NCBI RefSeq assembly: GCF_963506605.1
Contig: NC_083278.1
Span: 55,304,001-55,368,000 of the forward strand
DNA from: Zootoca vivipara
Lineage: Eukaryota
Direction: 5' to 3'
DNA: 64,000 nucleotides
Shown here: positions 40,679 through 53,128 of the stretch, one piece after another
How positions within the stretch are numbered: the first letter of the stretch is position 1
Layout: each line of letters begins with the position of its first letter
Notes under the pieces: model-generated
What the model was told of the DNA's origin: nothing
The model's database searches: none
The model's input: only the letters and a program-made list of their open reading frames with translations
Translations under genes and position numbers: made by a program

Positions 40679-41650
40679 GGTCCGTGCAACAGCTGAAAAA
40701 AATTGTATTTAAACAGAAATACCTGGTAGGATGCTCTCTGTTACCTCTTGCACGTAAAAAAAAGGCCTGCAAAATCTGAAGCAAGCTTTCTGTGGAAAGG
40801 GAGAGGTTCTTGAACTTTCTCAGAGTGAAGACCACTTCCTCTGACTTCACGTTGGGTTGGTGGAAGGCAGACATAGGAAGCTAAGAGAAATTCACAGCAG
40901 CACCTGGCTATATACTAGCTTGTGCTTGTGCCATTTTGGGCTACAGGAAATGCAAAAGACAAGTGGGTTTATGTCAGTAATAAAGAAAGGGTGGTGACAA
41001 AAGAATTTGCCAACTAGGATATGGTTTGGTACTTAATGCAGCTGCAACGATGCACACACAACAATAATATCTTGTCTTAAACCTTTGATAGTTTGACACT
41101 GAACCTGTGGAACATTAAAAAGTACTGCTTTTTCTTCTTTTTAAGGAAGCCACAAACTGTCTTTGAACAGATGAAATGAAACTGTTTTGCTGCTGTTGTT
41201 TTGCAGAATTCATAAGGGAAATGAGATAGTTTAAAGGGAAGGTGCCATCTATGACCTGCAGTGGCTAGTGAAAAGTAGCAGGAATGTTTGTGTCCACACA
41301 ATGCGCAGCTGATGAGCACGCAAAGGGCGCAGCTGATGAGGGGGTCTAGCTTGTGTATCCTTGTGACCCACCCTGTCATTTCAGCCCATGAGGGAAGGTC
41401 ACTTTGACCTCTGGAATGCCGTTTTGTTGCCTGTGTAGACAAGGCCCGTTTTGAAGGCTCTGAATTGACTCTGTGAGAACAGGAGGCTTCCTGGTGCAGA
41501 AGTGACTGTTGGGGTCAGTTGGTAATGCTACAAGGTAGATGTGAATGTTGCAGCAGTTACCGTTGCTTGGAGAGGATGGGGGGGGCAAGGATAAATGAGA
41601 TGATTCTGAAGGAAGTGGGTCACAAAAGGAAGTGAGATGGTTAGCTCAGA
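40679..41650 (-). promoter_or_regulatory. Putative THEMIS promoter/5' region with lymphoid TF motifs
   Basis: AGGAAGTGGT ETS/RUNX-like composite on minus strand 40831-40840; two CAGCTG E-boxes in a 14-bp direct repeat (41303-41316, 41327-41340); GGAAGT at 41611 and 41628; motif evidence only. Confidence 0.45.
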
Positions 41651-41745
41651 TTCAATTATATTTGCCTGAAAATAGAGGAATTGTGCCCTATCCCACTTGA
41701 AGCACTGGTAATGATATTTTTTATATTTTAGTTCAAGGGGGCAAG

Positions 41746-41799
<54 letters not shown>
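41746..41799. repeat. Compound (CA)n(GA)n microsatellite about 1.1 kb upstream of the THEMIS ATG
   Basis: direct reading. Confidence 0.95.
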
Positions 41800-41800
<1 letters not shown>

Positions 41801-41995
41801 ACATTTTCTTTTCATCGATCTCATATTGGCAAGAACCAGATCCTGGAGGTCCCATAAGGCAATTGAGGCAATTGTTTCTCATCTCAGACAATTATTATGG
41901 AAATGCAGCTCCCACATATTGCAGAAAGGGGAAATTGAGATGATCATGAGTTTGCAGCACCTTCCATATGAGGAAAGGCTAAAGGTCATGATCTC

Positions 41996-42108
41996 TGAAA
42001 GCAGCCCTGTTTAGGGAGGCTTTAAATGTTTAATAGATTATTTTCTTTTCTTTTGGAAGCTGCCCAGAATGGCTGGGGAAACCCAGCCAGATGGGCGGGG
42101 TATAAATA

Positions 42109-42152
<44 letters not shown>
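41996..42152 (+). mobile_element. L2 3' tail with (TAT)n
   Basis: gcagccctgtttaggga...cccagccagatgggcggggt then (TAT)n; reverse complement of the 50686 copy end. Confidence 0.75.
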
Positions 42153-42158
<6 letters not shown>

Positions 42159-42623
42159 CTCTTACACATTATTGAGAGTCTGGGGAGCAGGTTGTGCATT
42201 TTGTTTTCTTGTCTGAGAGAATGAATGTGCAGCACCTTTGTGTACATCTGAATTTTCCCTGATGTATCAGAGTGCTTGAATTTGATAAGCTTCCCTGCAT
42301 TGGCTTAAAAGAAAACCCGCTTTTTATTTTCGTCAAAACACAAACCAGCACAAGTACTTTGGACAAAGCCTGCCGGATAAGATCGATGGCCCACCTAGTT
42401 CAGCATCTTGTTCTCACAGTGGCTGACCTGTGGAAAGGTTGCAGGCCAGATATGACCACATCACTCTACCTACCTGCAATTCCCAGCAGATGTGTGTAGG
42501 AAGCAGAGCTGGCTCACCCATGACGCGGGCTAAAGTGCCTGCCTCAGGCGATGGAAGTGCAAGATGTGGCACTCTGCCCACACCTGCTGCTGCCAAGAGG
42601 GTGGTTGGTGTATTAGTGTATGG

Positions 42624-42759
42624 CAGGCATCCCCAAACTTTGGCCCTCCAGATGTTTTGGACTACAATTCCCATCTTCCCCGACCACTGGTCCTGTTAGC
42701 TAGGGATCATGGGAGTTGTAGGCCAAAACATCTGGAGGGCCGCAGTTTGGGGATGCCTA
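42624..42759. mobile_element. 136-bp hairpin hAT MITE (end type CAGGCATCCCCAAACT)
   Basis: exact TSD gtgtatgg; near-identical to the 17759 copy. Confidence 0.9.
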
Positions 42760-42904
42760 GTGTATGGCATTGCTATTCGTCTTCCCTGCCCTTGGGTGGA
42801 GAGGCTGAGCAAGCAGCAATACTTTAAGGAGTGCCCCGGTTCCTGCAGAGTTCAGTGAGAGCAAGTGTGGGGTGATGGTAGTGGAAGTGGAAGTGGAAGT
42901 GGGG

Positions 42905-43390
42905 TGTGACACGGCAGGCCAGAAGATGACTGTAAGAGAGAGGGCTTGCAGAGAGCAGCCCACTCTGCTTACTTCCATCAGATGGGAGAGCAGCAGCAAG
43001 TCTGGGAGGGAAAACCAGGAACAGGAAGGGTTAAGAAGGGTCCAGGGCTCGGCAGAGTCCTGGAGGCTCAGCTCCAGGCTGAGAGAAGGGAAGCTGGGGA
43101 GGAGCTAGCTTCAGCAGGGGCTGGAAAGGAGGGAGTAAGTAAAACGGCACCTCAGGAGCCTGGTTTGGGACCACGGAGGACCCTTAGAGCAAGGAGGAGG
43201 GGCGTTTGGATGCCCAGTCTTAAAAGAGGGGTCAGAGCCCACGAGACGCCATTGTGGGCTTCTGCCCCATGCAGAGCAGACATGATTTGAGACATCTCAC
43301 CACTGTATATAGCATGCACAATAAAACTCTGAAAAATCTAGAGGGTGTGTGGAGTGCTTACTCGGGAGTAGCCAACACCCATCTGTGACA
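42905..43390 (+). mobile_element. Possible solo LTR (purine-rich)
   Basis: TG...CA ends and AATAAA at 43320 near the 3' end; no TSD found. Confidence 0.3.
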
Positions 43391-43768
43391 ATGACAATTC
43401 CCATTTCACCTCAGGTGGCGCGACCAGGCCACCCCTGAAAGCTCTAATGGGTTCAGTCCTGATTTGGGGGCATACACCATACACCAATATTTTTTTCCAC
43501 CAAAGAAATACGTTTTGAATGTATAGTTTATGTGAGCTGTGCAGTTTGTTGATTTCTTGCCTTCGGCTAACTGTCCTAAATCACAGGTGCCTGTTGATAA
43601 TCTTAAGTGATCCACTTATGGTTGAATAGCAGCCCACATGATACATCTGCACTAGACTGGGATGAAGCCCATACAGAAACAGCGCAAGCTCATTATTTAG
43701 TAGAAATGCAGGCAGGTTTGTTTTTTTTAAAGACCAGAGCAGAAACATAACTGGTCAGAAAAGATATA

Positions 43769-44018
43769 CAGTTGTAACTTGGAACCTGAACGCCTTGGTG
43801 CTTGGATGTTTTGGCTCCCGAATGCCGCAAACCCGGAAGCGAGTGTTCCAGTTTGCAAATGTTATTTGGAACCTGAACGTCCAATGGGGCTTGCGCAGCT
43901 TCCGATTGGCTGCAGGAGCTTCATGCAGCCAATCAGAAGCTGCGCTTTGTTTTCCAAACGTTTTGGAAGTGGAATGGACTTCTAGAACGGATTCCGTTCG
44001 ACTTCCAAGGTACAACTG
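43769..44018. mobile_element. Tc1/mariner (Tigger-like) MITE
   Basis: TA|cagttgtaacttggaa ... ttccaaggtacaactg|TA. Confidence 0.85.
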
Positions 44019-46746
44019 TATTTAGAATCTGTCTCAGAAAAAAATCTTTCTGACTTGGAGGTATTGGTCCGTGTGGCACTCTTGCAAGGGTGACCATGGA
44101 CACCTGGGTTTCAAGACTTCTCCAGAATGAAAAATATAGATTTGCTAAGGAAGAACCTCTTGTAGATAAGCTGCATTTTCTTTTATGTTGTCATAGCTGA
44201 CAATGACACCCTCAAAAGTCTTTTGAACCAAACTACTGTACATTTAAACAATCCCCAGGGCACCAAATACCTCATTCAAAGGCACCAAGGTGCACACAGG
44301 TGCCAGGTTGGCAATCCCTGGTTTATAGCAACTGAAACACTAATATATCAACTTGCAGGTTATTTTGTTAGCGCTCCCAGATTCTTAGGTAATTTGAAAG
44401 TAGTTGGAATTTGTTGGCCACTGTGTCGCTCAGGTCCTTTGTTGCTAAGGTTTCAAAGGTTTGCTTTGTGCTGTTGTTGCTTAGGTTTCAAAGGTTTGCT
44501 TTGAGGGGGAAATTATTCAAGATCTTCAGGTTACAAACCTCTTTAGTTTTCAAGATGGGAAGAGAGATATTTCACCTGAGTTTTTAAGCTATTCTAAGGA
44601 AGCTTTTTTCAACCCCTGTTGTGTACAAGATTTGGCTGATGATTCCATTGAAGCAGCGTGCATTGAAGCTGACAAGTCTTATAACCTAGTCCGGTATAAC
44701 ACATTAATGATTCCTAAGGGGGTTTTTTTGGTTATGATTTTCAAATATGCTGATTATTTCCCACGAACCAAAACATCTCCTCAAGCAATCCTAATGAATG
44801 GGTGAAAGTCTTTATGGTAGAATAAATATCTTTTGTCATAGGCAGCACCAAATATTCAGGACAAGGTGAAAGAATATATTACTTTGTAGAAATACTTCAG
44901 GTCCATTAAAGGTTTGCTTTGAGAAGAGAGTTACTCAAGATCTTCAAATTACAACAAAAGTGTTTTGAAATGTGTTTGGCATATCTTCAGTGCATTTGTG
45001 ACAGCTGGAGACACACACAGGAGACTGTTTTTGAATTAATTTTACAGATCAATCCTCCTGTGGTGCCTGGTGATGCAGGCTGTAATTTATGTTTAAAGAG
45101 GCCACAGTGATTCTTGGGTGTCATGAAAGAAATCCCTGAAAAGTATTTATACACAATCCCTGCTAAAGGGAAAGGACAATGAATTCATTTAAATACATTT
45201 GTGCAAGATGGTTCTTCCCAGTGGAATCTGCACATTCCCTTTCTCTAATTATTCTTGAAGTTTTGCCTATCGGCTTGCCTATCAACTCAACACATGGGAA
45301 AGGAAAACAGCTTGACGTTTCCTGATAGCAGAGTGCTTTTACAAGAGCATATGAGAAATCAGCTCTGTTATTTCCTTATCTTTCTCAATATCTAAGAGCT
45401 GATTCTGATGTGGTGTCTTTTATGTAGAAGAGCTGCTAGCCGCATGGATCACACTTAACAGGTGGAGACATTCCTTTCTCATAATGAGGCACCAGAAGGC
45501 TTCTCTGAAGAGATTTGGGACCGCCTCTCTTTCCCCAACCCCCATTGTTTAGGAGGAACTGCTACTAGAATTATATTCTCAAATTCTGCATTGCCATTTA
45601 CATAGTTTGTTTGCCACAGTAAATGTAGCATCCCAGGTACCCAGAACCTTTCATGTAGCTGGATATTGAAGGCTCACCTGTACAGGCAGTCCTGCAAAAA
45701 GGGTATCCTGTGAAATGAGTGTTCATAAGCATGCTGCTGGAGAGGTACTGCTCAAAAATAATGAATTAGGTTCCAATCCCAACCTAAAATTAACCCCCCT
45801 GCAAATAAGTGGTCAGATTCCAAAATTAGCACATGCATACTAGTTTTCCAGAGTGATAGGTGTTTCAATATAGGGGAGCATTAAATATATATATTCTACC
45901 TGGAGTGTGAAGTGGTGCAGTCCATTATACACGCTACAACTCTTACCACCCCGTTCCTTATTTAATCTGCTGCATGTGGGAAGACCTGACTAACACTGAA
46001 TAAAATTGTTGTTGGGGTATATTTGATTAATATTAATAGAGATAGGCTTTTTCTGCTTCGTGTTAGTTCATAAAATAAAACATTTATTTTAATTCTGTAT
46101 AGGTTGCAAACTTCAATTTTTCAAAAACCAGTATGAAAATATGATGGTGAATAACGGGTAATACATAAATCAAGATTGCAGTTACTGATTCTGCACAGTG
46201 TTCATGAATTATTATGGTTACTATCTGTAGCAAACCGTTCTGTACATCAATCTTCAGTTTAAAAATTCCCATTCTCCTCATGCTTTTATTTTGATGGAAG
46301 AGCTGGTACACTCACAGTATATATTTACTGTACATTGAAACATTTAAAGTTGCTATTAAATTAGGTTTTGTTTTACTTTCAGATTCCTTAAGCAAAAAAG
46401 CAGTGAAATATATTGGCACATTTCAGTGGGATAATCCATTGTGTGTGTATGTGTGATTTGTTGCAATGAACATTAAGAAAACTAAGTTTTTGCAACATTT
46501 CTCTATATCCCATAATTCATGAGATATTCTTCAAGGTCAACAGAGAATGTATCTATACTGCAGACATGTCTGTTTCATACAAGATTAACTATCATGGTTT
46601 CCCCTTAAAAATCATGAAAATTGGACAAGGTGGTGACAATTCTTAAGTGTCCTAGCTCATTCAAAGAATTATATACTCTAACATTTTACACGACTGGCTT
46701 CAGGTTTGACAGGACCATTGATGTGCCCTCTGGTCACTTTCCTATA

Positions 46747-46988
46747 CAGTGGTACATCTGGTTAAGAACTTAATTCGTTCCGGAGGTCCGTTCTTAACCT
46801 GAAACTGTTCTTAACCTGGAGCACCACTTTAGCCAATGGGGCCTCTCGCTGCCGCCGCGCTGCCGCTGCACGATTTCTGTTCTCATCCTGAAGCAAAGTT
46901 CTTAACCCGAGGTACTATTTCTGGGTTAGCAGAGTCTGTAACCTGAAGTGTCTGTAACCTGAAGTGTCTGTAACCCGAGGTACCACCG
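46747..46988. mobile_element. Tc1/mariner (Tigger-like) MITE
   Basis: TA|cagtggtac ... gtaccaccg|TA; subterminal gttcttaacc and tctgtaacc repeats. Confidence 0.85.
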
Positions 46989-47302
46989 TACTGGTCTACT
47001 CCCTGGCTGCAGGCTTATCTAGTGGCAGTATCCATTACTTACCACAATGGTGTTTCATAGCTGTCTGCCACTTGGGGTGGGAGCAGACTTGCAATCTGTG
47101 TTGGTGGATCATGTTCGGGCCCCAGCAGCTGGCTAAAGCATCCAGGTGTTAATGATGGGCCTGAAATTTTAATACCATGTTTCGCAATATAATGTTATGG
47201 GTTTGAATTTTGACTAAATGACTCTTGGGGACTTCTACAAGCCTGCAATCCCATAGCTGTAAGATGGGATCTGGAGAGCAGAAGAACTACAGATACTGTC
47301 AG

Positions 47303-48224
47303 CCATCAATGACTTGGATGACTTGAGGGCATCCTGATCAAGTTTGCAGATGACACCAAAATGGGAGGGGTGGCTAATACCCCAGACGACAGGATCACAC
47401 TTCAAAATGACCGTAACAGATTAGACAACTGGGCCAAAGCAAACAAGATGAATTTTAACAGGGAGAAATGTAAAGTACTACACTTGGGCAAAAAACAAAC
47501 AAACATGAAAGGCACAAATACAGGATGGGTGACACCTGGCTTGAGAGCAGTACATGTGAAAAGGATCTAGAAGTCTTGGTAGACCACAAACTTGACATGA
47601 GTCAACAGTGTGATGTAGCAGCTAAAAAAAGCCAATGCAATTCTGAGCTGCATCAATAGGAGTATAGCATCTAGATCAAGGGAAGTAATAGTACCACTTT
47701 ATTCTGCTCTGGTCAGACTTCACCTGGAGTACTGTGTTCAGTTCTGAGCACCACAGTTCAAGAAGGATACTGACAAGCTGGAACGTGTCCAGAGGAGGGC
47801 AACCAACATGGTCAAAGGCCTGGAAACGATGCCTTATGAGGAATGGTTTAGGGAGCTGGGTATGTTTAGCCTGGAGAAGAGAAGGTTAAGGGGTGATATG
47901 ATAGCCATGTTCGAATATATAAAAGGATGTCACATAGAGGAGGGAGAAAGGTTGTTTTCTGCTGCTCCAGAGAAGCAGACATGGAGTAATGGATTCAAAC
48001 TACAAGAAAGAAGATTCCACCTAAACATTAGGAAGAACTTCCTGACAGTAAGAGCTGTTCGGCAGTGAAATTTGCTACCAAGGAGTGTGGTGGACTCTCC
48101 TTCTTTGGAGGTCTTTAAGCAGAAGCTTGACAGCCATATGTCAGGAATGCTTTGATGGTGTTTCCTGCTTGGCAGGGGGTTGGACTGGATGGCCATTGTG
48201 GTCTCTTCCAACTGTATGATTCTA
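47303..48224 (+). mobile_element. 5'-truncated CR1 LINE (RT C-terminal part and 3'UTR)
   Basis: IKFADDTK, WAKANKMNFNREKCKVLHLG, LGMFSLEKRRLRGD, RKNFLTVR; frameshifts and stops; atgattcta tail. Confidence 0.92.
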
Positions 48225-49816
48225 TAATTTCTTTTGTTAAGCAAATAGACCTAGGTATTCTGTTAAGTAACCTATTTGTTACATAAGGTAGGGGCAATAT
48301 GTTGCCATAGAAATTATATCTGAAGGAGCTGGCCTCATGCAGACAGTTCAGCAAAATTGTTCAGCAACAGAAAAACCTGTCCTCATTGCTATTGCCACCC
48401 TGACTTCAGAAGGTCAAGGATGTCAAATATAAGACCTTGAGGCCCTTACCAGAGCTTTTTCCTTGTGCAAGATGGCTTCCTTCCCACTCCTCCAGTGCCC
48501 TCTCAGTGCCGCTCCCCACAATTGCACAGGAAGACTGGTGGGGTGTTGTTCCATCTAGCAAGCTGCTTGTTATCTATGAGACCATTCAGAATACTATTAA
48601 TCCTAAATTTATATTCAGAAAAGTGTATGTGTATCTAGTTCAGTATTTTGATACATGTAGCTCTTCCTCAAAATTTTCAGCAGGCCTTAGATTTTCTAAA
48701 AACATGGTTGGATCTAGAGGAAGCTAGTTGTGACCAACTTTTCACCATGATTTCAGTGGGACATAAGTGTTACTAATTTGTTGGGGATCTAACCCCTAGA
48801 TCTGTACCTAAATGTGTGAGATCACTTCTCTAGAATTCATAAGAATGAGCACTGTAATTTTAGTAGACAAAACCGTTTGTGGTTCAAGTATTATTGTAAT
48901 GCCAAAGACACCGCCATGAATTTCAAAAAATAAATTTGAATTCTCTTATTATTTCTCTGTGTAAATGATTAAGAGCAGAACAAATAACCAGGGCTTTATA
49001 CTGAGGAGAAAGAACTTTGCTGCCTTGCACCTGGCATGAAAATATGCCAGTATTGTCACAATCTGGAGGGGTTCCAGGCTCGCCAGATGCTGTTTTATGC
49101 ATGCCACCGAAATTTGCATTCTATCCCAAAGCTTGCAGAAAGATTGCTTCTTTCAGATAGTTATTTTCTGTAGAGTAATTTTAAACAGCCCTTCATTTTT
49201 TGTGTGCTCACTTAAAAGGTAAAAACAGTCTGGTGGCATAGATGGTGGGAAATAAAACTTTGTCATGTTCTGTGTTGTAGATTTTTTTTCCCTTTGCAAA
49301 TGGAAGAGAAGTTTTTAAAAAGTTTCCATGGCTGGTGTTAAGGACTGGATTTTAAAGAGGCAGAGAAAATCAATAAGCATTACGGCTATTATAGTAAGCA
49401 TTTAGCGATTAATAAATCTCTCTGTAGGTACGATAACAAATGATTGGGCAAATTAAGCCCAGTTTACTAAGCCAAATGGCTTGTTTCTTTTTGTCAGACA
49501 AAAGTAATAAACATGCAGTGCAATCCAAAATGTATTTACTTAGAAGAAACCCCAATTGGGATAAGTGGGACTTGCTCTCAGGTAAGAGTAGGATTATAGC
49601 CCAAACAGTTTAAATAGTTTCTGTTTTAGATAGAATTGCTGCCAAAATATGCCCAAAGTGAATTTGAAGACTTGCTAAGGCACAACATCTAAAGAACAGA
49701 GAGAAGGAAAAACAAATCCCCAAATTTGGCAATTTTTGCCTGGACATGATTCCAGAAATTATGGAATCTGGATTCTCTTTCCCAACTTCATTTGCACATC
49801 CTTGGAAACCCTAGTG

Positions 49817-49980
49817 CATGGGTAGGCAAACTAAGGCCCGGGGGCTGGATCTTCTAAATCTGGCCCACGGACGGTCTGGGAATCAGCGTGTTTTTACATG
49901 AGTAGAATGTGTCCTTTTATTTAAAATGCATCTCTGGGTTATTTGTGGGGCATAGGAATTCATTCATCCCCCCCCCCCTT
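49817..49980 (+). mobile_element. Partial copy of the 250-bp hAT element
   Basis: shares tttacatgagtagaatgtgtccttttatttaaaatgcatctctggg with the 22837 and 52877 copies. Confidence 0.8.
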
Positions 49981-50685
49981 TGTGTATGCCACAATTGTTT
50001 CCAAGTCGTGATCGAAAACAAGGCAAGTTCATGTATGTTTACTCACCATTTGAATAGGTAAATTAGCTTTAGGAAAAGTTCTGGACTTAACACCTATTGT
50101 AACTTCCTTTCTACTAAACACTGAAGACCTTTTGAGGCAGAAAAGGTTGGGTTGGCTAAATCTCAACTGTTAATGGAGAGAGAAATAGTACACCATATAG
50201 GTTCCCCCCCCCACAAGATTAACTTCCACAACAGATTTCTCTCTGTTCCAAGAGAAAGTGCAAATTGAATTACTTTCTCATTCAATGTAGAATGGGGCCA
50301 ATGTTCAAGCAACTTTCACAATTACGTTGGGATTACATGGCAGTTTTCGGGAAAGGGCAATGGAAGAAGCTGTAAACGAAGAGTCTTTGTATTCCTTGTT
50401 GGTCAGTGGTGAACTCTCCCTTTTACATGCGCCACTAACAAATGTTTCCCTCAAGTGCCCCTGTTCTTGCTTGTTAGCATTTGAATTGACTTAGGAGAGC
50501 TGAAAGGTTTAGTGAGAGTCTTTACCTATTATTGAGTATCACATAAAGTTGTTCTCTTTTTTAGCTTTCCATTTTTACTGTCTGTAATAAAACTACATGG
50601 ATTCTTGAGTACAATTTACTCCCAACTTTCACTGAAAGCCCCTTTGTTTTCAGTAAAGTGCTGTAGGGCAAATGAGGACATCTGA

Positions 50686-50687
50686 TT

Positions 50688-50723
<36 letters not shown>

Positions 50724-51083
50724 CACCCCGCCCATCTGGCTGGGTTTCCCCGGTCACTCTGGGCGGCTTCCAACAAATATAAAAATACATTAAAATATCA
50801 CAGATTAAAAACTTCCCTAAACAGGGCTGCCTTTAGGTGTTTTCTAAATGTCAGGTAGTTGTTCATCTCCCTGCCCTCTGATGGAAGGGCGTTCCACAGG
50901 GCGGGTGCCACTACCGAGAAGGCCCTCTGCCTGGTTCCCTGTAGCTTTGCTTCTCGCAGTGAGGGAACCGCCAGAAGGCCCTCGGCGCTGGATCTCAGTG
51001 TTCGGGCTGAACAATGGGGGTGGAGACGCTCCTTCAGGTATATAGGACCGAGGCCGTTTAGGGCTTTAAAGGTCAGCACCAAC
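50686..51083 (-). mobile_element. L2 LINE 3' end, relatively intact
   Basis: ORF remnant VLTFKALNGLGPIYL...RAFSVVAPALWNALP; (AAAT)n tail; ctgattat flanking duplication. Confidence 0.88.
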
Positions 51084-51154
51084 TGATTATCTTAACCATC
51101 TGATTATCTTAACGGTCCCTAAAACTGAGGACATGCTGCTGATATGCTTTTCCT

Positions 51155-51761
51155 CAGCAATATCAAAAGCAACACAATGGCCAAAAACAATTACAATGTG
51201 AAACTTTATGGAATAATTCAAAACATAAAGATTAACAAACTCAAGTCTCTGAAAGCCTCTGAAAGTACTGAATGAATCACGGTGCCAGAATCAACAGTGA
51301 CTACATAATTGCATGAGCACTTCCAAAGTATTTTTCATTCTCATGGATAGTACATCTATTCGAAAAAAAGGTTGGTTTATGAAATTACATATATTTCTAC
51401 TTATGAGTGTTTGTTGATCTAATTGGCTGATGAAGAATTCAGCGAAACAGTAGTTGCCATCCGGAAACACTGTTCAGCAGAGTTCAGAGTTGGACGTCAG
51501 AACTGGACATTGACGATTACAAAGCTTCACAGGTTGTTCTCCGCCGGGTAAGTCTAGCACCATGATTCATTCAATATTTTCAGAGACTTTCAGAGACCTC
51601 AGTTTGTTAATCTTTATGTTTTGGATTATTCCATAAAGTTTCACATTGTAATTGTTTTTGGCCATCGTGTCCTGGTCCTGTTAGCTAGGTATCATGGGAG
51701 TTGTAGGCCAAAACATCTGGAGGGCTGCAGTTTGGGGATGCCTGCTTTAGATATTGCTGAG
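51155..51761. mobile_element. Insertion with about 120-bp inverted arms (Penelope-like architecture); right arm interrupted by half a hairpin MITE (51672-51744)
   Basis: arms 51172-51289 / 51553-51670; flanking duplication tga(t/c)atgcttttcct (51140-51154, 51762-51776). Confidence 0.6.
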
Positions 51762-52876
51762 TGACATGCTTTTCCTAGCATAATGCTGAGTATACTGTAG
51801 AGTGAACCTTTGGCACTGCATTATACAAAAGCTGAACAAATTCTAGTTCCTAGATTTGCTTTGAGAGGATTAGGAGATTGAACTTTTTTAGCTTCCAAAT
51901 TTTAGAGGAGAGGGTTATTTTGGCTTCATATTCTCCCACAGACTGGTGATTTCTTTTCACAACTCTGCATGGGGCACATCAAGTGTCTGCCCAGCTGCTG
52001 CTGCTGCATGCTGCTACTGCAAGGGACAGGAAAGAAAGAGAGCAAGCATGCACAGAAATGTGTGACCTTGTTGATTCTTCTTGATCTTTTTGGTCTTACT
52101 TGGATGGTAGATTCCAGAAGGTGGTGCTTGTGGAATATTGTTTTGCCCTGTTGGGGGACTCCAGCATTGAGGTTGGCAGAGTGCGATCTCTCCTGTGCTT
52201 TCCAACATTTGCATGAAACTGCTGAGTATGGTCATCTGGAGCATGTTTCACCAACATGCTCCTGTTAATCTCAAGCCGGTGTGATAGTGGAAGTAATGAA
52301 ACAGTGTCTGACTGTGGAAATGGACTGGATGAAAGCTAGGAGACATTGAAGCTCAGTTCAGATAAGTCTGAGATGCTGTTATGAGCAGATGGTTTCCTGG
52401 TCTGGGTAGATGGTGTCAACCAGGTCTCGATAGGGTCACACCCTAAAGCAGAGGTAGGGAACTTTTGGTCTGCAGGCCAGTCTTTGCCCATGAGGTCCTT
52501 CCACCAAACCATGCACACCTGCCCATCAGCTGATGTCACTGGTAACGTCAGCTGATGGGATAAGGATGGACTGTACATTGGCTGTGGGCTCTGTTCCAAG
52601 GAAGGAACCATATTGTGCAGCCAAGGCAGCAAGATTTAATCTCTGTTCATCAGTTTCTCAAAAACACTGTTTGGAGCAGCTCACACACTTTTCCTGTGAA
52701 TGGGTGGGTGGCAGAAGTGTGCAAGATTCTTCCATGCTTTAATTAAGATCAGAGCAAAGGGGACTTAAATGGGAAGGAGGAAGAAGCATGCAAATGCCTT
52801 TGCAAGCCTCCCCACTTCCCTTTTAAGCCCCCAGTGTTGCTCCAGTCTTAAAGAGAGGGGGGGAGACTCACTAAGG

Positions 52877-53128
52877 CAGGGGTAGGCAACCTAAGGGCTG
52901 GGTGCCGGATGCGGCCCAATCGCCTTCTCAATCCGGCCCGTGGACAGTCCGGGAATCAGTGTGTTTTTACATGAGTAGAATGTGTCCTTTTATTTAAAAT
53001 GCATCTCTGGGTTATTTCTGGGGCATAGGAATTTGTTCATTTCCACCCCTTCAAAATATAGTCCAGCTCATCACGTGGTCTGAGGGACAGTGAACTGGCC
53101 CACAGCTGAAAAAGGTTGCTGACCCCTG
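52877..53128 (+). mobile_element. hAT (Charlie/Buster-like) non-autonomous element, about 250 bp
   Basis: TIRs caggggtaggcaacct / aggttgctgacccctg; TSD cactaagg/tgctaagg, both explainable by CpG decay of cgctaagg. Confidence 0.85.

Noticed and set aside
41303-41345. Two CTGATGAG hammerhead-like boxes
   Set aside because: No properly placed GAAA box or stems; better read as CAGCTG E-boxes
46890-46985. Regularly spaced short repeats (CRISPR-like look)
   Set aside because: Subterminal repeats of a mariner-type MITE with no unique spacers; vertebrate DNA, no cas genes
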